From the NCBI GenBank assembly GCA_029261055.1, contig JAJDCA010000044.1, positions 141,867-205,866 of the forward strand: a DNA stretch of 64,000 bases. Direction: 5' to 3'. Both the position numbers and the translations under genes were made by a program. Under the pieces are notes generated by a model. That model made no database searches. It saw only the letters and a list, made by a program, of their open reading frames with translations, and was not told the DNA's origin. This document shows positions 16,210 to 26,714 of the stretch, in pieces. This stretch comes from Candidatus Omnitrophota bacterium. GTDB lineage: Bacteria > Omnitrophota > Gorgyraeia > Zapsychrales > Zapsychraceae. The first letter of the stretch is position 1; the number at the start of each line of letters is the position of its first letter.

Positions 16210-18342
16210 ATGTCACAACATTATCCTCAAACAATAGCTACTGAACTTTCCTTAGCGACCACACAAGTCATTTCTACCATCGGATTGCTTGATGATGGAT
16301 CGACGGTTCCTTTTATTGCCCGTTATCGTAAAGAAGCCACACAAAATTTGGATGAAGTGGCTATTACGCAAATCCGTGATCGATTGAATCAGCTTAAAGA
16401 ATTAGATAAACGGCGCATCACCGTCTTAGAGTCGATTGAAAAACAAGGGAAGCTAACGCCTGAATTAAAAAAGAAAATTGACACAGCGGAAACTTTGGCT
16501 GTTTTAGAAGATATTTATTTGCCTTACCGTCCTAAACGCCGAACAAAAGCAACCATGGCTAAAGAAAAGGGCCTCGAACCTTTAGCTAAAGCCATATTTG
16601 ATCAAACAGGGATTGATCCAGAAAAAGAGGCTGTGGTCTACATTAATAAAGAAAAGAAAGTTAATTCTGTAGATGATGCCCTGGCCGGAGCACGTGATAT
16701 CATGGCAGAGTGGATCAATGAAGAGAGCCAAACGCGCGATCAATTACGAACATTGTTTCAGAAAAATAGCATTCTGCGTTCCAATGTCCTCAAAGGAAAA
16801 GAAACCGTTGGTATTAAATTTAAAGATTACTTTCAATGGGAAGAACCTGCCATCAAAATTCCCTCCCACCGAATCCTTGCTGTCCGGCGGGGTGAAAAGG
16901 AAGGCATGCTGACTTTGCATATTCAACCACCGGAAGAAAAAGCCATTTCTATTCTCGAGGCCATTTTCTTAAAAGGCCAAGGAGAAGATTCTCATCAAGT
17001 TCACTTAGCCTTGCAAGACAGTTACAAAAGACTTTTATCTCTATCATTAGAAACAGAAATTCGTGTCGAATTAAAAAAACGGGCCGATGCTGAAGCCATT
17101 ACCGTGTTTGCCAATAATCTACGGGAACTCTTAATGGCCCCACCTTTAGGTCAGAAAAATGTTTTGGCCGTCGATCCTGGATTGCGTACAGGCTGCAAAT
17201 TAGTTTGCCTCAACCGCCAAGGCAAACTTATGATCAATGACACCATTTATCTTGTTGGCAGCGAACATCAAAAACAGGCAGCGATCCAAACGGTACAAAA
17301 TTTATGTCAGCAGTATGATATTGAAGTGATTGCCATTGGTAACGGCACAGCCGGCCGAGCGACCGAAAATTTTATCCGTAATCTGACATTATCGAATACA
17401 CCGGACATTATAATCGTTAACGAAAGCGGCGCCTCGATTTATTCAGCTAGTGAAGCGGCCCGTGAAGAATTTCCCGACCATGATGTAACAGTAAGAGGTT
17501 CGGTCTCTATTGGACGACGATTAATGGACCCATTAGCCGAATTAGTTAAGATTGATCCAAAATCCATTGGAGTCGGACAATATCAGCATGATGTTGACCA
17601 AAAATTACTGAGACAAAGCCTGGATGATGTGGTCGTCAGTTGTGTTAATCAAGTGGGGGTAGAGGTGAATACGGCCAGCAAACAACTGCTCATGTATGTT
17701 TCCGGTCTCGGGGAAAAGCGAGCCCAAACTCTGGTAGATCACCGCCAAAAACATGGTGCCTTTCAATCCAGGGAACAGCTTAAAACCGTGCCAGGGCTTG
17801 GGGCCAAGGCCTTTGAACAAGCCGCTGGATTTTTACGTATTCTTGAGGGTAATAATCCTTTAGATGCCAGCGCGGTTCATCCAGACTCATATGCTATCAT
17901 TCAAACTATGACACAAGACTTAAGCTGCACTGTCCAGAATTTAATGCAAGATACACAATTACAAAATAAAATAAACCTTAATAAATATGTCACTGAAATC
18001 ATTGGATTGCCAACCTTAACCGACATTAAAAACGAGTTGGCTAAACCAGGTCGTGATCCACGCCCAGCCTTTCAAATTTTCAAATTTAAAGAGGGTATAG
18101 AGAAAATGGCAGACTTGGCCCCCGGAATGAAATTGCCCGGTGTCGTAACCAATGTCACGGCCTTTGGGGCCTTTATAGACATCGGAGTCCACCAAGACGG
18201 CCTCGCCCACATCAGTCAACTTTCCGACCGATACATCAAAGACCCGCATGAAATCGTCAAAGTCCACCAACAAGTCACCGTCACCGTCCTCGAAATAGAC
18301 ACCCCCCGCAAACGCATTGCGTTGAGTATGAAGAAAAATTAA
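16210..18342 (+). CDS. tex: Transcription accessory protein Tex (S1 RNA-binding domain, YqgF-like and HhH domains)
   Basis: Characteristic Tex architecture and motifs, including the C-terminal S1 domain GVVTNVTAFGAFIDIGVHQDGLAHISQL. Confidence 0.9.
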   Translation: MSQHYPQTIATELSLATTQVISTIGLLDDGSTVPFIARYRKEATQNLDEVAITQIRDRLNQLKELDKRRITVLESIEKQGKLTPELKKKIDTAETLAVLEDIYLPYRPKRRTKATMAKEKGLEPLAKAIFDQTGIDPEKEAVVYINKEKKVNSVDDALAGARDIMAEWINEESQTRDQLRTLFQKNSILRSNVLKGKETVGIKFKDYFQWEEPAIKIPSHRILAVRRGEKEGMLTLHIQPPEEKAISILEAIFLKGQGEDSHQVHLALQDSYKRLLSLSLETEIRVELKKRADAEAITVFANNLRELLMAPPLGQKNVLAVDPGLRTGCKLVCLNRQGKLMINDTIYLVGSEHQKQAAIQTVQNLCQQYDIEVIAIGNGTAGRATENFIRNLTLSNTPDIIIVNESGASIYSASEAAREEFPDHDVTVRGSVSIGRRLMDPLAELVKIDPKSIGVGQYQHDVDQKLLRQSLDDVVVSCVNQVGVEVNTASKQLLMYVSGLGEKRAQTLVDHRQKHGAFQSREQLKTVPGLGAKAFEQAAGFLRILEGNNPLDASAVHPDSYAIIQTMTQDLSCTVQNLMQDTQLQNKINLNKYVTEIIGLPTLTDIKNELAKPGRDPRPAFQIFKFKEGIEKMADLAPGMKLPGVVTNVTAFGAFIDIGVHQDGLAHISQLSDRYIKDPHEIVKVHQQVTVTVLEIDTPRKRIALSMKKN

Positions 18343-18405
18343 ACCGTCTTAGAATTGACAGCGACGTTAAATTGCCTTATATATAGTATAAAGATGTTTA
18401 CTATT

Positions 18406-19404
18406 ATGAAGAAATTCCTATTTTATTGTTTAATCCTTTTTTGTTTTAATGTTCCGGTTTACGCGCAGCAAGTCGTGTCACAACAGGTGGCTGTAGAAAA
18501 CCACGAAACTCAAGCCATATCGTTTCTGCATAAAATTTTTTCCTCCGAAAGCTTATCTGACCCCAATTTTATCCCACGAAAAGTTTGGCAAACCATCTTT
18601 GTCATCTTGATCGCCTATATCATGATGTTCGCTATGATCAGTTTTATCAACCGGCGAGTTCAAGATATTAAAGCAAGACATACCGTCCGTAAGAATATTA
18701 TTTATATTTCAAGTTTAACGGTCATTGTTGTTGTATTTTTTATCTGGATTCAAAATATCAACTCGATCACAATTTTTCTTGGTGTGGCCGGTGCCGGTAT
18801 TGCTCTGGCTTTACAAGAAGTTATTCTAAGTATTGCCGGATGGCTTTTAATTATGATGCGCCGCCCGTTTTCAGTGGGGGATCGTATTGAAATAAACGGT
18901 GTAAAAGGAGATGTTATTGACATCCGTCTTTTTCAGACATCTCTGCTGGAAATCGGTAATTGGGTCGATGCCGACCAAAGTACCGGACGTATAGTTAATT
19001 TCCCAAATAGTTATGTTTACAAAGCTGCAAACTACAATTACAGTCGTGGATTTGAATTTATCTGGAATGAAATTCCTATTTTAGTCACCTTTGAAAGTGA
19101 TTGGAAAAGGGGCCGCGATATTATGATGCGGCACGCAAAAAATTTAGCCGAAGGTATGGAAGAAGCCATGCGACGAAAAATCGATGCCATGCGCAACCGT
19201 TATATGATTTATTACGGAAAACTCACCCCTATCGTATATGTTAATATTAAAGATAGCGGCGTGGAACTCACATTACGGTATTTGACTGATGCCAAAAAGC
19301 GCAGATCAACAGAAGACCAATTGTGTCAGGCGATTCTCGATGATTTTGCCAAGGACGAATCTGTAAATTTTGCGTATCCAACATATAGAATTATAAAAAC
19401 ATGA
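18406..19404 (+). CDS. Small-conductance mechanosensitive channel (MscS family)
   Basis: FSVGDRIEINGVKGDVIDIRLFQTSLLEIGNWV and NFPNS motifs; three TM helices; the ORF opens at 18355, but ATG 18394 or 18406 is more likely. Confidence 0.75.
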   Translation: MKKFLFYCLILFCFNVPVYAQQVVSQQVAVENHETQAISFLHKIFSSESLSDPNFIPRKVWQTIFVILIAYIMMFAMISFINRRVQDIKARHTVRKNIIYISSLTVIVVVFFIWIQNINSITIFLGVAGAGIALALQEVILSIAGWLLIMMRRPFSVGDRIEINGVKGDVIDIRLFQTSLLEIGNWVDADQSTGRIVNFPNSYVYKAANYNYSRGFEFIWNEIPILVTFESDWKRGRDIMMRHAKNLAEGMEEAMRRKIDAMRNRYMIYYGKLTPIVYVNIKDSGVELTLRYLTDAKKRRSTEDQLCQAILDDFAKDESVNFAYPTYRIIKT

Positions 19405-19985
19405 AGAAAATAAATTATCCCATATTTTTCATATTAGTGTGCCTACTTACCGGATGTTCATGGATTCATTCCAAAAAAAAAGATATTTCTAATAGAGACG
19501 AATCGATTTGGAAAGAAATGGGCTCTGCACAATTTGTAGAAACCGGTAAAATTGTAAACCCTCAACGTATTGCTAACGGGGGAAACTTGCTTATTATTCC
19601 ATTTCGGGCCGGCCCAGATGTTGAAGCTAATGATAATCTGGATAAAATAACGCTTATGATTATTAAAGGTGTCTCTGATATTATTGAAGAAAACGATGCT
19701 AATTTAAAAGTCCTTGTCGCCCAAAATGCCCAGGATGCTGAATTTATCATTGATGGACATATTACTCACGTAGATGCCTCGACAAAAATGAATAAATTAA
19801 TACTTCGCAAAAACAATATAACCCTAAGTGTAAAAGGACAAATGGTTGATCGTAATACAGGAGAACTGATAGCTGTTTTTACGGATACTTTAGTATCAAA
19901 CAAAAAGGAAGAAAACCACAGGCAATTAGGTTATGCCATCGGACGAAATATCGGACGCTTCCTACTCAGTAGGAGTCAACATTGA
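19401..19985 (+). CDS. Hypothetical lipoprotein
   Basis: Lipobox LLTGC (signal peptide MKKINYPIFFILVCLLTGC); overlaps the mscS stop codon. Confidence 0.5.
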   Translation: MKKINYPIFFILVCLLTGCSWIHSKKKDISNRDESIWKEMGSAQFVETGKIVNPQRIANGGNLLIIPFRAGPDVEANDNLDKITLMIIKGVSDIIEENDANLKVLVAQNAQDAEFIIDGHITHVDASTKMNKLILRKNNITLSVKGQMVDRNTGELIAVFTDTLVSNKKEENHRQLGYAIGRNIGRFLLSRSQH

Positions 19986-20944
19986 TAGTCGTAACAGGTG
20001 CATCCGGTTTTATTGGTAGTTGTATTGTTGCCAAACTCAACGAACGTAATCAAAATGATTTAATTTTGGTAGATGAAGTTTCCGGAGATCAATCCCTTAA
20101 TCTGCGCAATAAAAAATATGCGAAATATTACAATAAAAATCAGTTTCTTGAGACTATACTCAAAGATACTTTAGAAAAAAATATAGAATGCATTATTCAT
20201 ATGGGCGCATGCAGTTCGACCACATTACAAGATGCTGAATATTTTAAAAAAAATAATTTCGAATATACACAACATTTAGCCCAATGGGCCTTAAAACACA
20301 ATGTTCGTTTTATTTATGCCAGTTCAGCGGCGACTTATGGCGATGGCTCTATCGGATATAAAGATGATGATGAAACTGTACGCCGATGCAAACCTTTGAA
20401 CCTTTATGGGGAATCTAAACAAAATTTTGATCAATGGGCCTTGGACAATAATCTTTTAGATAAAATGGTAGGACTCAAATTTTTTAATGTCTTTGGTCCG
20501 AATGAATATCATAAAGATGATATGCGTAGTGTTGTGGCTAAAGCCTATAAAAAAGTGGTCGATAAAGGCAAAATAAGTCTCTTTAAATCATATAATGCCG
20601 AATACAAAGACGGAGAGCAAAAAAGAGATTTTATTTATGTCAAAGATGCCGTTAATGTCGTGATGTTTTTTGTAGATCATCCAAATATTTATGGTATTTT
20701 CAATGTAGGAACAGGAGAAGCATGTACGTGGAATGACTTAGCCAGCGCCTTATTTAAAGCCGTCAAAAAACCACTTTACGTTGACTATATCGAAATGCCT
20801 GATTCATTACAAAAACGTTATCAATATTTTACACAAGCTGACATGAACAAATTAAAAAATTGTGGTTATGATACACCTTTTACGTCACTTGAAAATGCTG
20901 TTGCAGATTATGCAGCGTATCTCCAAGATGAAAAATATTTATAA
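19982..20944 (+). CDS. hldD: ADP-L-glycero-D-manno-heptose 6-epimerase
   Basis: TTG start with SD AGGAG; MIVVTGASGFIGSCIVAKLNE ... LVDE N terminus typical of HldD/RfaD; extended SDR fold. Confidence 0.7.
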   Translation: MIVVTGASGFIGSCIVAKLNERNQNDLILVDEVSGDQSLNLRNKKYAKYYNKNQFLETILKDTLEKNIECIIHMGACSSTTLQDAEYFKKNNFEYTQHLAQWALKHNVRFIYASSAATYGDGSIGYKDDDETVRRCKPLNLYGESKQNFDQWALDNNLLDKMVGLKFFNVFGPNEYHKDDMRSVVAKAYKKVVDKGKISLFKSYNAEYKDGEQKRDFIYVKDAVNVVMFFVDHPNIYGIFNVGTGEACTWNDLASALFKAVKKPLYVDYIEMPDSLQKRYQYFTQADMNKLKNCGYDTPFTSLENAVADYAAYLQDEKYL

Positions 20945-20974
20945 AAACTCAAACATTCTATTAGGAGAGTCCAT

Positions 20975-21985
20975 ATGTTAATTTATATTCTCATAGGTAT
21001 CACAGGTGTTGCTCTATGTCTGGGTATTTTTCTCATTTTAAAAGGGCTCCGATCATCCGCAGAAACAGATGGAGCAGAACCTATACCCATTACAAATATT
21101 AATGAAATTAAGGAAATCCAATCTTCAAAAAAAGAAATTTCTACTTCACCATTTACTAAATTAAAACAAGAAAACCAAAATCTCACAGAAGCTTTAAAAC
21201 AAGAAATGACATCAAAGGACCCCATAACACTTTCTGAAGAAGAAAAACAACAGCTGGAAGAAAAATCACGAAAATTGACGGATGCACAAAAATCTATTGA
21301 GAATCTCACCGAAGAAAACCACAAACTTCAAAAGAAATTTGATGAATTAAAACCAGTATCTGAAGAAAAAATGAACCAAGCAGCCGACATTATTTCCGAG
21401 TCTCAAGCTAAAATTGAAGAACTCAAACAAAAACCAACGGAAACTTCAACAGAAGGCCTTCAAGAAAAAAATACTGAAATTGAAACTTTGCAAGCAAAGT
21501 TAAATCAAACGGCAGACGCCATCGAAGTCCTTGAAAAAAATGCTGAAGAGTCCGAGGCAAATCAAATTCAAAACAATGAAAATGAATGTAAACTTAAGGC
21601 TCTAGAAGAAGAATTAAATGACCTTCAGACAATATCAAATCAAAAAATACATCAAGCGGCAGATATTATCGAATCACAAAATAAAAAGATTCAAGATCTA
21701 GAAACTCAAAAATCATCTTTAGAAAAAAAAATAACCGAACAATCTGAATCTAATACAAAAAAGTTTAGTGAAAAAGAAACTTTAGAAAATAAAATTCTTG
21801 AATTGGATAAAACCAATGCTGACTTACAAACCCAATTAAACGGGGTTAAAGAATATAATGTCCACCTATTAGAAAAGGAAAAACGCCTGGATTATGATTT
21901 GAGTAAAAGCCGAGCTCAATCTATGGGATTAGAAAAAATCTGTGAAGACTTTAAAGTAAAAATTGAAGCCAGCGAAAACCACTAA
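20975..21985 (+). CDS. Membrane-anchored coiled-coil protein (hypothetical)
   Basis: N-terminal TM helix (ILIGITGVALCLGIFLIL), then about 300 aa of E/K/Q-rich heptad repeats. Confidence 0.4.
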   Translation: MLIYILIGITGVALCLGIFLILKGLRSSAETDGAEPIPITNINEIKEIQSSKKEISTSPFTKLKQENQNLTEALKQEMTSKDPITLSEEEKQQLEEKSRKLTDAQKSIENLTEENHKLQKKFDELKPVSEEKMNQAADIISESQAKIEELKQKPTETSTEGLQEKNTEIETLQAKLNQTADAIEVLEKNAEESEANQIQNNENECKLKALEEELNDLQTISNQKIHQAADIIESQNKKIQDLETQKSSLEKKITEQSESNTKKFSEKETLENKILELDKTNADLQTQLNGVKEYNVHLLEKEKRLDYDLSKSRAQSMGLEKICEDFKVKIEASENH

Positions 21986-21995
21986 AAATCAACCG

Positions 21996-22469
21996 ATGAC
22001 AGAAACTAAAAAGAAATCTAAATTAAAAACAGTCTTAACTGAAGATATTATGACAGATGATGTGTCCGTCATAAAAGAAGACATGCTCATCGGGCAAGCG
22101 GCCCATCTTATGCTGCGGCATCGTATTAGTGGATACCCTATTGTTGATGATGACAAAAAAGTTGTAGGAATTATAACGTTAACAGATTTATTTGTTCTCA
22201 TAGATAAAATTGTTAAAGAAAGTGATACCAGTCCTCAAGGAACGCTGAGCGGAAGCTTAGAAGAAAAACTTTCCCTATGTAAAAATATGCCGGTTTCTTC
22301 GATTATGACAAAAAATGTCCTTTCGATTGCACCCAAAACGCCTTTAATTGCTATTATTGAAACAGTAGTTAACACAAATCTACATACTTTTCCCGTTATG
22401 GAAAATAATAAATTGGTTGGAATTATCGGTCGGCACGATGTACTCAACGCAACATTTGTGTATGGCTGA
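21996..22469 (+). CDS. CBS-domain pair protein
   Basis: Two CBS motifs (GYPIVDDDKKVVGIITLTDL, TFPVMENNKLVGIIGRHDVL); the ORF opens at 21963, but ATG 21996 follows the upstream stop codon. Confidence 0.6.
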   Translation: MTETKKKSKLKTVLTEDIMTDDVSVIKEDMLIGQAAHLMLRHRISGYPIVDDDKKVVGIITLTDLFVLIDKIVKESDTSPQGTLSGSLEEKLSLCKNMPVSSIMTKNVLSIAPKTPLIAIIETVVNTNLHTFPVMENNKLVGIIGRHDVLNATFVYG

Positions 22470-23370
22470 TTCAACATCCAAAGCCCACAGTCTCCTGAAG
22501 CAAAAACCTCTCGTAGAATCATTTCTCAACACAACATCTTCACCTTTATCAAGTCGCGCCTTTGTAAATATTTTTCTTTGGCAAAATTTCTTCACATTTG
22601 TATTTAAAATTATTGAAAATAACCTCTGTGTATTTGCTCAAAATACATTAGGTTCTTTTCTTTATATGCCGCCATTAGGAAAAACTATTTCACCAAAAAC
22701 TATATTTAGTTGTTTCAAAATAATGGAAGACTTTAATAAAAATATTGCAAGAATTGAAAATGTCAGCTCAGATCAATTACACTATTTCTCAAAGAAAGAA
22801 TTTTCTTTTTATAAAAAAGATCAAGATTATGTCTATACAAAAAATGATATTATTAGCCTTAAAGGCCAAAGATATAAATCAAAAAGGGCATCCCGCAATC
22901 AATTCACCCAAAATTATTCTTTTTGCTACCTGCCCTATGAACAGAGCATGAAAGATGAATGCCTTGCTCTTTATGATCAATGGGCCAAAAGCCGACAGAA
23001 AAACAATGTAGATGAAATATACGGCCAAATGCTTCAAGAAAGCAGAGAGGCCCATCAATTAGCCTTTCACCATTACCAGGACTTAAATTTAATCGGGCGT
23101 GTAATTCTTATCCATGATAGAATATCTGCTTACACATTTGGATTTGAATTAGAGGACACAACTTTTTGTGTCCTGTTGGAAATTACAGATCTCACAATAA
23201 AAGGACTGGCCACATTTATTTTCAGCCAATTCTGTAATGATCCTCAATTGAAAAAATACACATTTATTAATGTTATGGATGATTGTGCTTTACCGAATAT
23301 GCAACGTACCAAAATGTCGTTTCGCCCTACGCTGTTACATCCATCGTATATTGTGACAAAACACGCATAG
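22462..23370 (+). CDS. DUF2156 / LPG_synthase_C-like (phosphatidylglycerol lysyltransferase C-terminal-like, GNAT-fold) protein
   Basis: About 300 aa; pattern matches DUF2156 family members; ATG 22462 overlaps the upstream stop codon (ATGGCTGA). Confidence 0.45.
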   Translation: MADSTSKAHSLLKQKPLVESFLNTTSSPLSSRAFVNIFLWQNFFTFVFKIIENNLCVFAQNTLGSFLYMPPLGKTISPKTIFSCFKIMEDFNKNIARIENVSSDQLHYFSKKEFSFYKKDQDYVYTKNDIISLKGQRYKSKRASRNQFTQNYSFCYLPYEQSMKDECLALYDQWAKSRQKNNVDEIYGQMLQESREAHQLAFHHYQDLNLIGRVILIHDRISAYTFGFELEDTTFCVLLEITDLTIKGLATFIFSQFCNDPQLKKYTFINVMDDCALPNMQRTKMSFRPTLLHPSYIVTKHA

Positions 23371-23374
23371 TTTC

Positions 23375-24784
23375 ATGAATACATATCTCTACAAATCAAT
23401 AAACTTTTCCATAGATCCCATACATGTGTTTGATCTTTTTGCGGATGAATCTTACCTATTTTTTCTAGACAGCAGCAGCCATCATTCCTGCAATGGACGC
23501 TATTCCATCATAGGATTTGATCCCTTTGATACTTTTGAATGTCAAGGAAAAGCAACTTTAGATAAATTAAAAGAAAAATTTCTCAGTTACCAAAAAATTC
23601 TTGGCCCAATTACGAGCGCGCGCTCGCAATTGACATCAGGCATCGTTGGTTATCTTTCTTATGATTATGGCTTATCGCAAGAAAACATTAAAACTGTCGC
23701 AAAAGACGACTTTAAAATGCCTGATTGTTTTTTTGGATTTTATGATTGTATTCTCACGATCGACCATGTGACACAAACACTGACGATAAGTTCATCTGGA
23801 TTGCCTGAATCAAACGCTCGATTAAGACAAAAACGTGCTAAGTCACGCATTAACACCATTACCCAAAAACTTTCACAACTGCCCGATAACCCAAAAAATT
23901 CTTCGCAGGCTGATGTTTGCATAAACACCGATGAGCCAGACTTACATACGCTTCCACTAACATGTAATTTATCAAAAGAACAATATTTTTCAGCTGTGAA
24001 TAAAGCCTTAAATTATATTGCGAATGGCGATATTTATCAGGTTAACTTATCGCAAAGGTTTGAATACGCGCCAAAAAAACCGGATATATCCCCAACGGCT
24101 GTTTATAAATCTTTACGGAATTTATCACCCTGTACATATGGAGCCTATTTCGATGGAGGTAATTTTCAAATCCTCAGCAATTCTCCTGAACAATTTTTAC
24201 AACTCAATGATCGGCTTGTACACACTCAACCAATGAAGGGAACACGCCCACGTGCACACAACGAACAAAAAGATAAAGAATTAAAACAAGAACTCTTACA
24301 GAGCGCTAAAGATAAAGCTGAACTTTTAATGATAACAGATCTTCTTCGGAATGATCTCGGTAAAGTCTGCGATTACCGTTCCATACACGTCAAAAAAATG
24401 CGTACGCTTGAAAAATATCCCTATGTATTCCAAATGACATCGACTATCGAAGGGACACTGCAAGAAACAAAAGATGCCTTTGATCTTCTCAAGGCCTGTT
24501 TTCCAGGAGGATCCATCACAGGATGTCCTAAAATCCGGGCTATGGAAATCATTGAAGAATTAGAACCGACGAGAAGAGGACCCTACACCGGAAGCCTCGG
24601 CTATATTGATTTTTCCGGAAATATGGATTTTAATATTTTGATTCGATCCCTATTGTCCATCAATAATAAATATTATTTTCAAACGGGAGGGGGGATCGTA
24701 TCGGACTCTACGCCCGAAGAAGAGTATCAAGAAACACTGGTAAAAACACGTGCGCTACGTACGTGTCTACAACAAAGCTTTTGA
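23375..24784 (+). CDS. pabB: Aminodeoxychorismate synthase component I (chorismate-binding enzyme, TrpE/PabB family)
   Basis: GSITGCPKIRAMEIIEELEPTRRGPYTGSLGY chorismate-binding signature; adjacent class-IV aminotransferase-fold gene (pabC-like). Confidence 0.75.
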   Translation: MNTYLYKSINFSIDPIHVFDLFADESYLFFLDSSSHHSCNGRYSIIGFDPFDTFECQGKATLDKLKEKFLSYQKILGPITSARSQLTSGIVGYLSYDYGLSQENIKTVAKDDFKMPDCFFGFYDCILTIDHVTQTLTISSSGLPESNARLRQKRAKSRINTITQKLSQLPDNPKNSSQADVCINTDEPDLHTLPLTCNLSKEQYFSAVNKALNYIANGDIYQVNLSQRFEYAPKKPDISPTAVYKSLRNLSPCTYGAYFDGGNFQILSNSPEQFLQLNDRLVHTQPMKGTRPRAHNEQKDKELKQELLQSAKDKAELLMITDLLRNDLGKVCDYRSIHVKKMRTLEKYPYVFQMTSTIEGTLQETKDAFDLLKACFPGGSITGCPKIRAMEIIEELEPTRRGPYTGSLGYIDFSGNMDFNILIRSLLSINNKYYFQTGGGIVSDSTPEEEYQETLVKTRALRTCLQQSF

Positions 24785-24787
24785 ATT

Positions 24788-24843
24788 GGCTTTCAGTCGT
24801 CAGGCATCAATAAAACCAAAACACTGACGTCTGATGACTAACT
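24788..24843 (-). repeat. Family-1 REP/MITE-like element, copy C (reverse orientation)
   Basis: GGCTTTCAGTCGTCAGGC ... CTGACGTCTGATGACTAAC is the reverse complement of the copy B consensus. Confidence 0.55.
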
Positions 24844-25668
24844 ATGAAACCTACGACCATATTTCTCGATAAAGAATTTCAAGACGCCAATGCCGCATTA
24901 TTAAAATCATTAACCCCAGGCATTGTTCAAGGCCAAGGTGTTTTTGAAACCATGCGTGTTCTTGATAGAAAAGTCCTACATTGTGAATTACATCTCGGTC
25001 GATTAACTCGAGGATTAAATTTTTTAAAAATACGTATACCGTATTCGAAAAATACGATAAAAAATTATTTACAAAAAATACTTGAAATGAACTTATACAA
25101 AAATGCTCGTATACGTTTAATGGTTTGGGCAGAGAAGGAAAAGGTAAGAGTCGGCATTATACCTCAACCATATCCAATAATTTCCTCACACCAATATAAA
25201 AAAGGCTACAAAGCCATTATTGCCTCATTCACACGTCCGCAAACACGGTTGTCACATATCAAATCCCTTGATTATTCCATTTTTCACAAGGCTTATCAAG
25301 AAGCGCAAGCACATCATTGTGATGAGGCAATCTTACTCAATTCAAAAGGAAAAGTTGTTGAAGGATCCCGAACCAACATTTTCTTTGTCAAAAACCAAAT
25401 CCTGTATACTCCAGCCGTCCACTGTGGCTGCCTCAACGGCATCACCCGTCAACTCGTCATTCAAAGCGCACGCAAAATAGGAATTCCCTACAAAACAGTC
25501 CAAGCCAATGCAGATCAACTATTTACAGCTAATGAAGTCTTTTTAACCAACGCTTTAATAGGTATTATGCCGTTAAAACGTCTTAATAATAAGCCTCTTA
25601 ACCACCCAAAATTGAATGCTATAACTAATAATATGTGTAAAATGTATAATAAACTCACTTTAAATTAA
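24844..25668 (+). CDS. pabC: Aminodeoxychorismate lyase-like protein (PLP fold type IV)
   Basis: EGSRTNIFFVKN ... GITR class-IV aminotransferase motifs; located directly downstream of pabB. Confidence 0.6.
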   Translation: MKPTTIFLDKEFQDANAALLKSLTPGIVQGQGVFETMRVLDRKVLHCELHLGRLTRGLNFLKIRIPYSKNTIKNYLQKILEMNLYKNARIRLMVWAEKEKVRVGIIPQPYPIISSHQYKKGYKAIIASFTRPQTRLSHIKSLDYSIFHKAYQEAQAHHCDEAILLNSKGKVVEGSRTNIFFVKNQILYTPAVHCGCLNGITRQLVIQSARKIGIPYKTVQANADQLFTANEVFLTNALIGIMPLKRLNNKPLNHPKLNAITNNMCKMYNKLTLN

Positions 25669-25697
25669 ATCTTAATTCTTAAGTTGCCCTAAGAGGG

Positions 25698-26714
25698 GTG
25701 AATATGTATAATGTATTCCGTATGAAACATATAAATATAATTATTATTAAGATAATCGTCTTTTGCACATTCATTTGTACGGCCGTAGCAACATCAGCCC
25801 AAATGGATATTTCAGGTGGAAACTCGCAATATGATGATTTCAACACAATTAAGTCCCAAATTACGTCGCTCGTAAATAAAAATGTGGCCTTGCTTCAACA
25901 ACAAGAGTTGCTCAAACAACAACTCTCAACGTTACAAAAGCGCAGCCACCAACAAAAAAAAGAATTAAAAAAAACGGAACAAATTTCACGTGAGAATACG
26001 CAAACACGAAAATCAAAACAGGATTCACTTCATTCAAATCATAAAAGTGTTGGAACCCTTGAAAATGATAAAATGATTCTAGAAAGTAAAATTAATTTCC
26101 TAAGCAAAAACCTTTTAGATTTTACAGAAAAAGAAAAAATATTAAAATTACAACTATCCAACCTACAATACGAAAAAAGGGAATTAGAAATCAATGCTAA
26201 ATGGGCTTCTTTGAAAAAGAGTGAAAATCAAAAAAGACAGCAAGAAGAACTTAATTATTTACAACAAAAGTTAGAAGATACCCACAACAAAAAAAATGAA
26301 TCTGCTAAAATAATTGCGGGCATTAAAAAAAATGAAAATTCTTCCCCCAAAATTCTTCAAGAATTAAAACAGAATAATCAAGATTTAGATTATGAACTCC
26401 TTACATTACAAAAAAAGAAAAATCTCATGGCTGAGAAAATCGCCCATTTAGCAGCAAAACAACTATCGGAAAAGGAATCATTTGACCAAACGCTAAAAAC
26501 CAGAAACGAAGAAAAAAATTCTCTTAAAGAGGAAGTTAAAAATTTAGAAAAGGATCATAATTCAATCACAAAAAAAGTTCATAATTCACTCTCGAAACAA
26601 AAACAAAAACGACAATTACTTGATAAAATAATTCATATCGATAAAGAAAACCAAGAATTACGTCAAGAACTTCAAGACTTAAAAAAACAAACTAAGGATA
26701 TAAATAATGGATGA
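25698..26714 (+). CDS. Secreted or membrane-anchored coiled-coil protein (hypothetical)
   Basis: Hydrophobic N terminus, then Q/K/E-rich coiled coil; resembles the 20975 gene product in composition. Confidence 0.4.
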   Translation: MNMYNVFRMKHINIIIIKIIVFCTFICTAVATSAQMDISGGNSQYDDFNTIKSQITSLVNKNVALLQQQELLKQQLSTLQKRSHQQKKELKKTEQISRENTQTRKSKQDSLHSNHKSVGTLENDKMILESKINFLSKNLLDFTEKEKILKLQLSNLQYEKRELEINAKWASLKKSENQKRQQEELNYLQQKLEDTHNKKNESAKIIAGIKKNENSSPKILQELKQNNQDLDYELLTLQKKKNLMAEKIAHLAAKQLSEKESFDQTLKTRNEEKNSLKEEVKNLEKDHNSITKKVHNSLSKQKQKRQLLDKIIHIDKENQELRQELQDLKKQTKDINNG

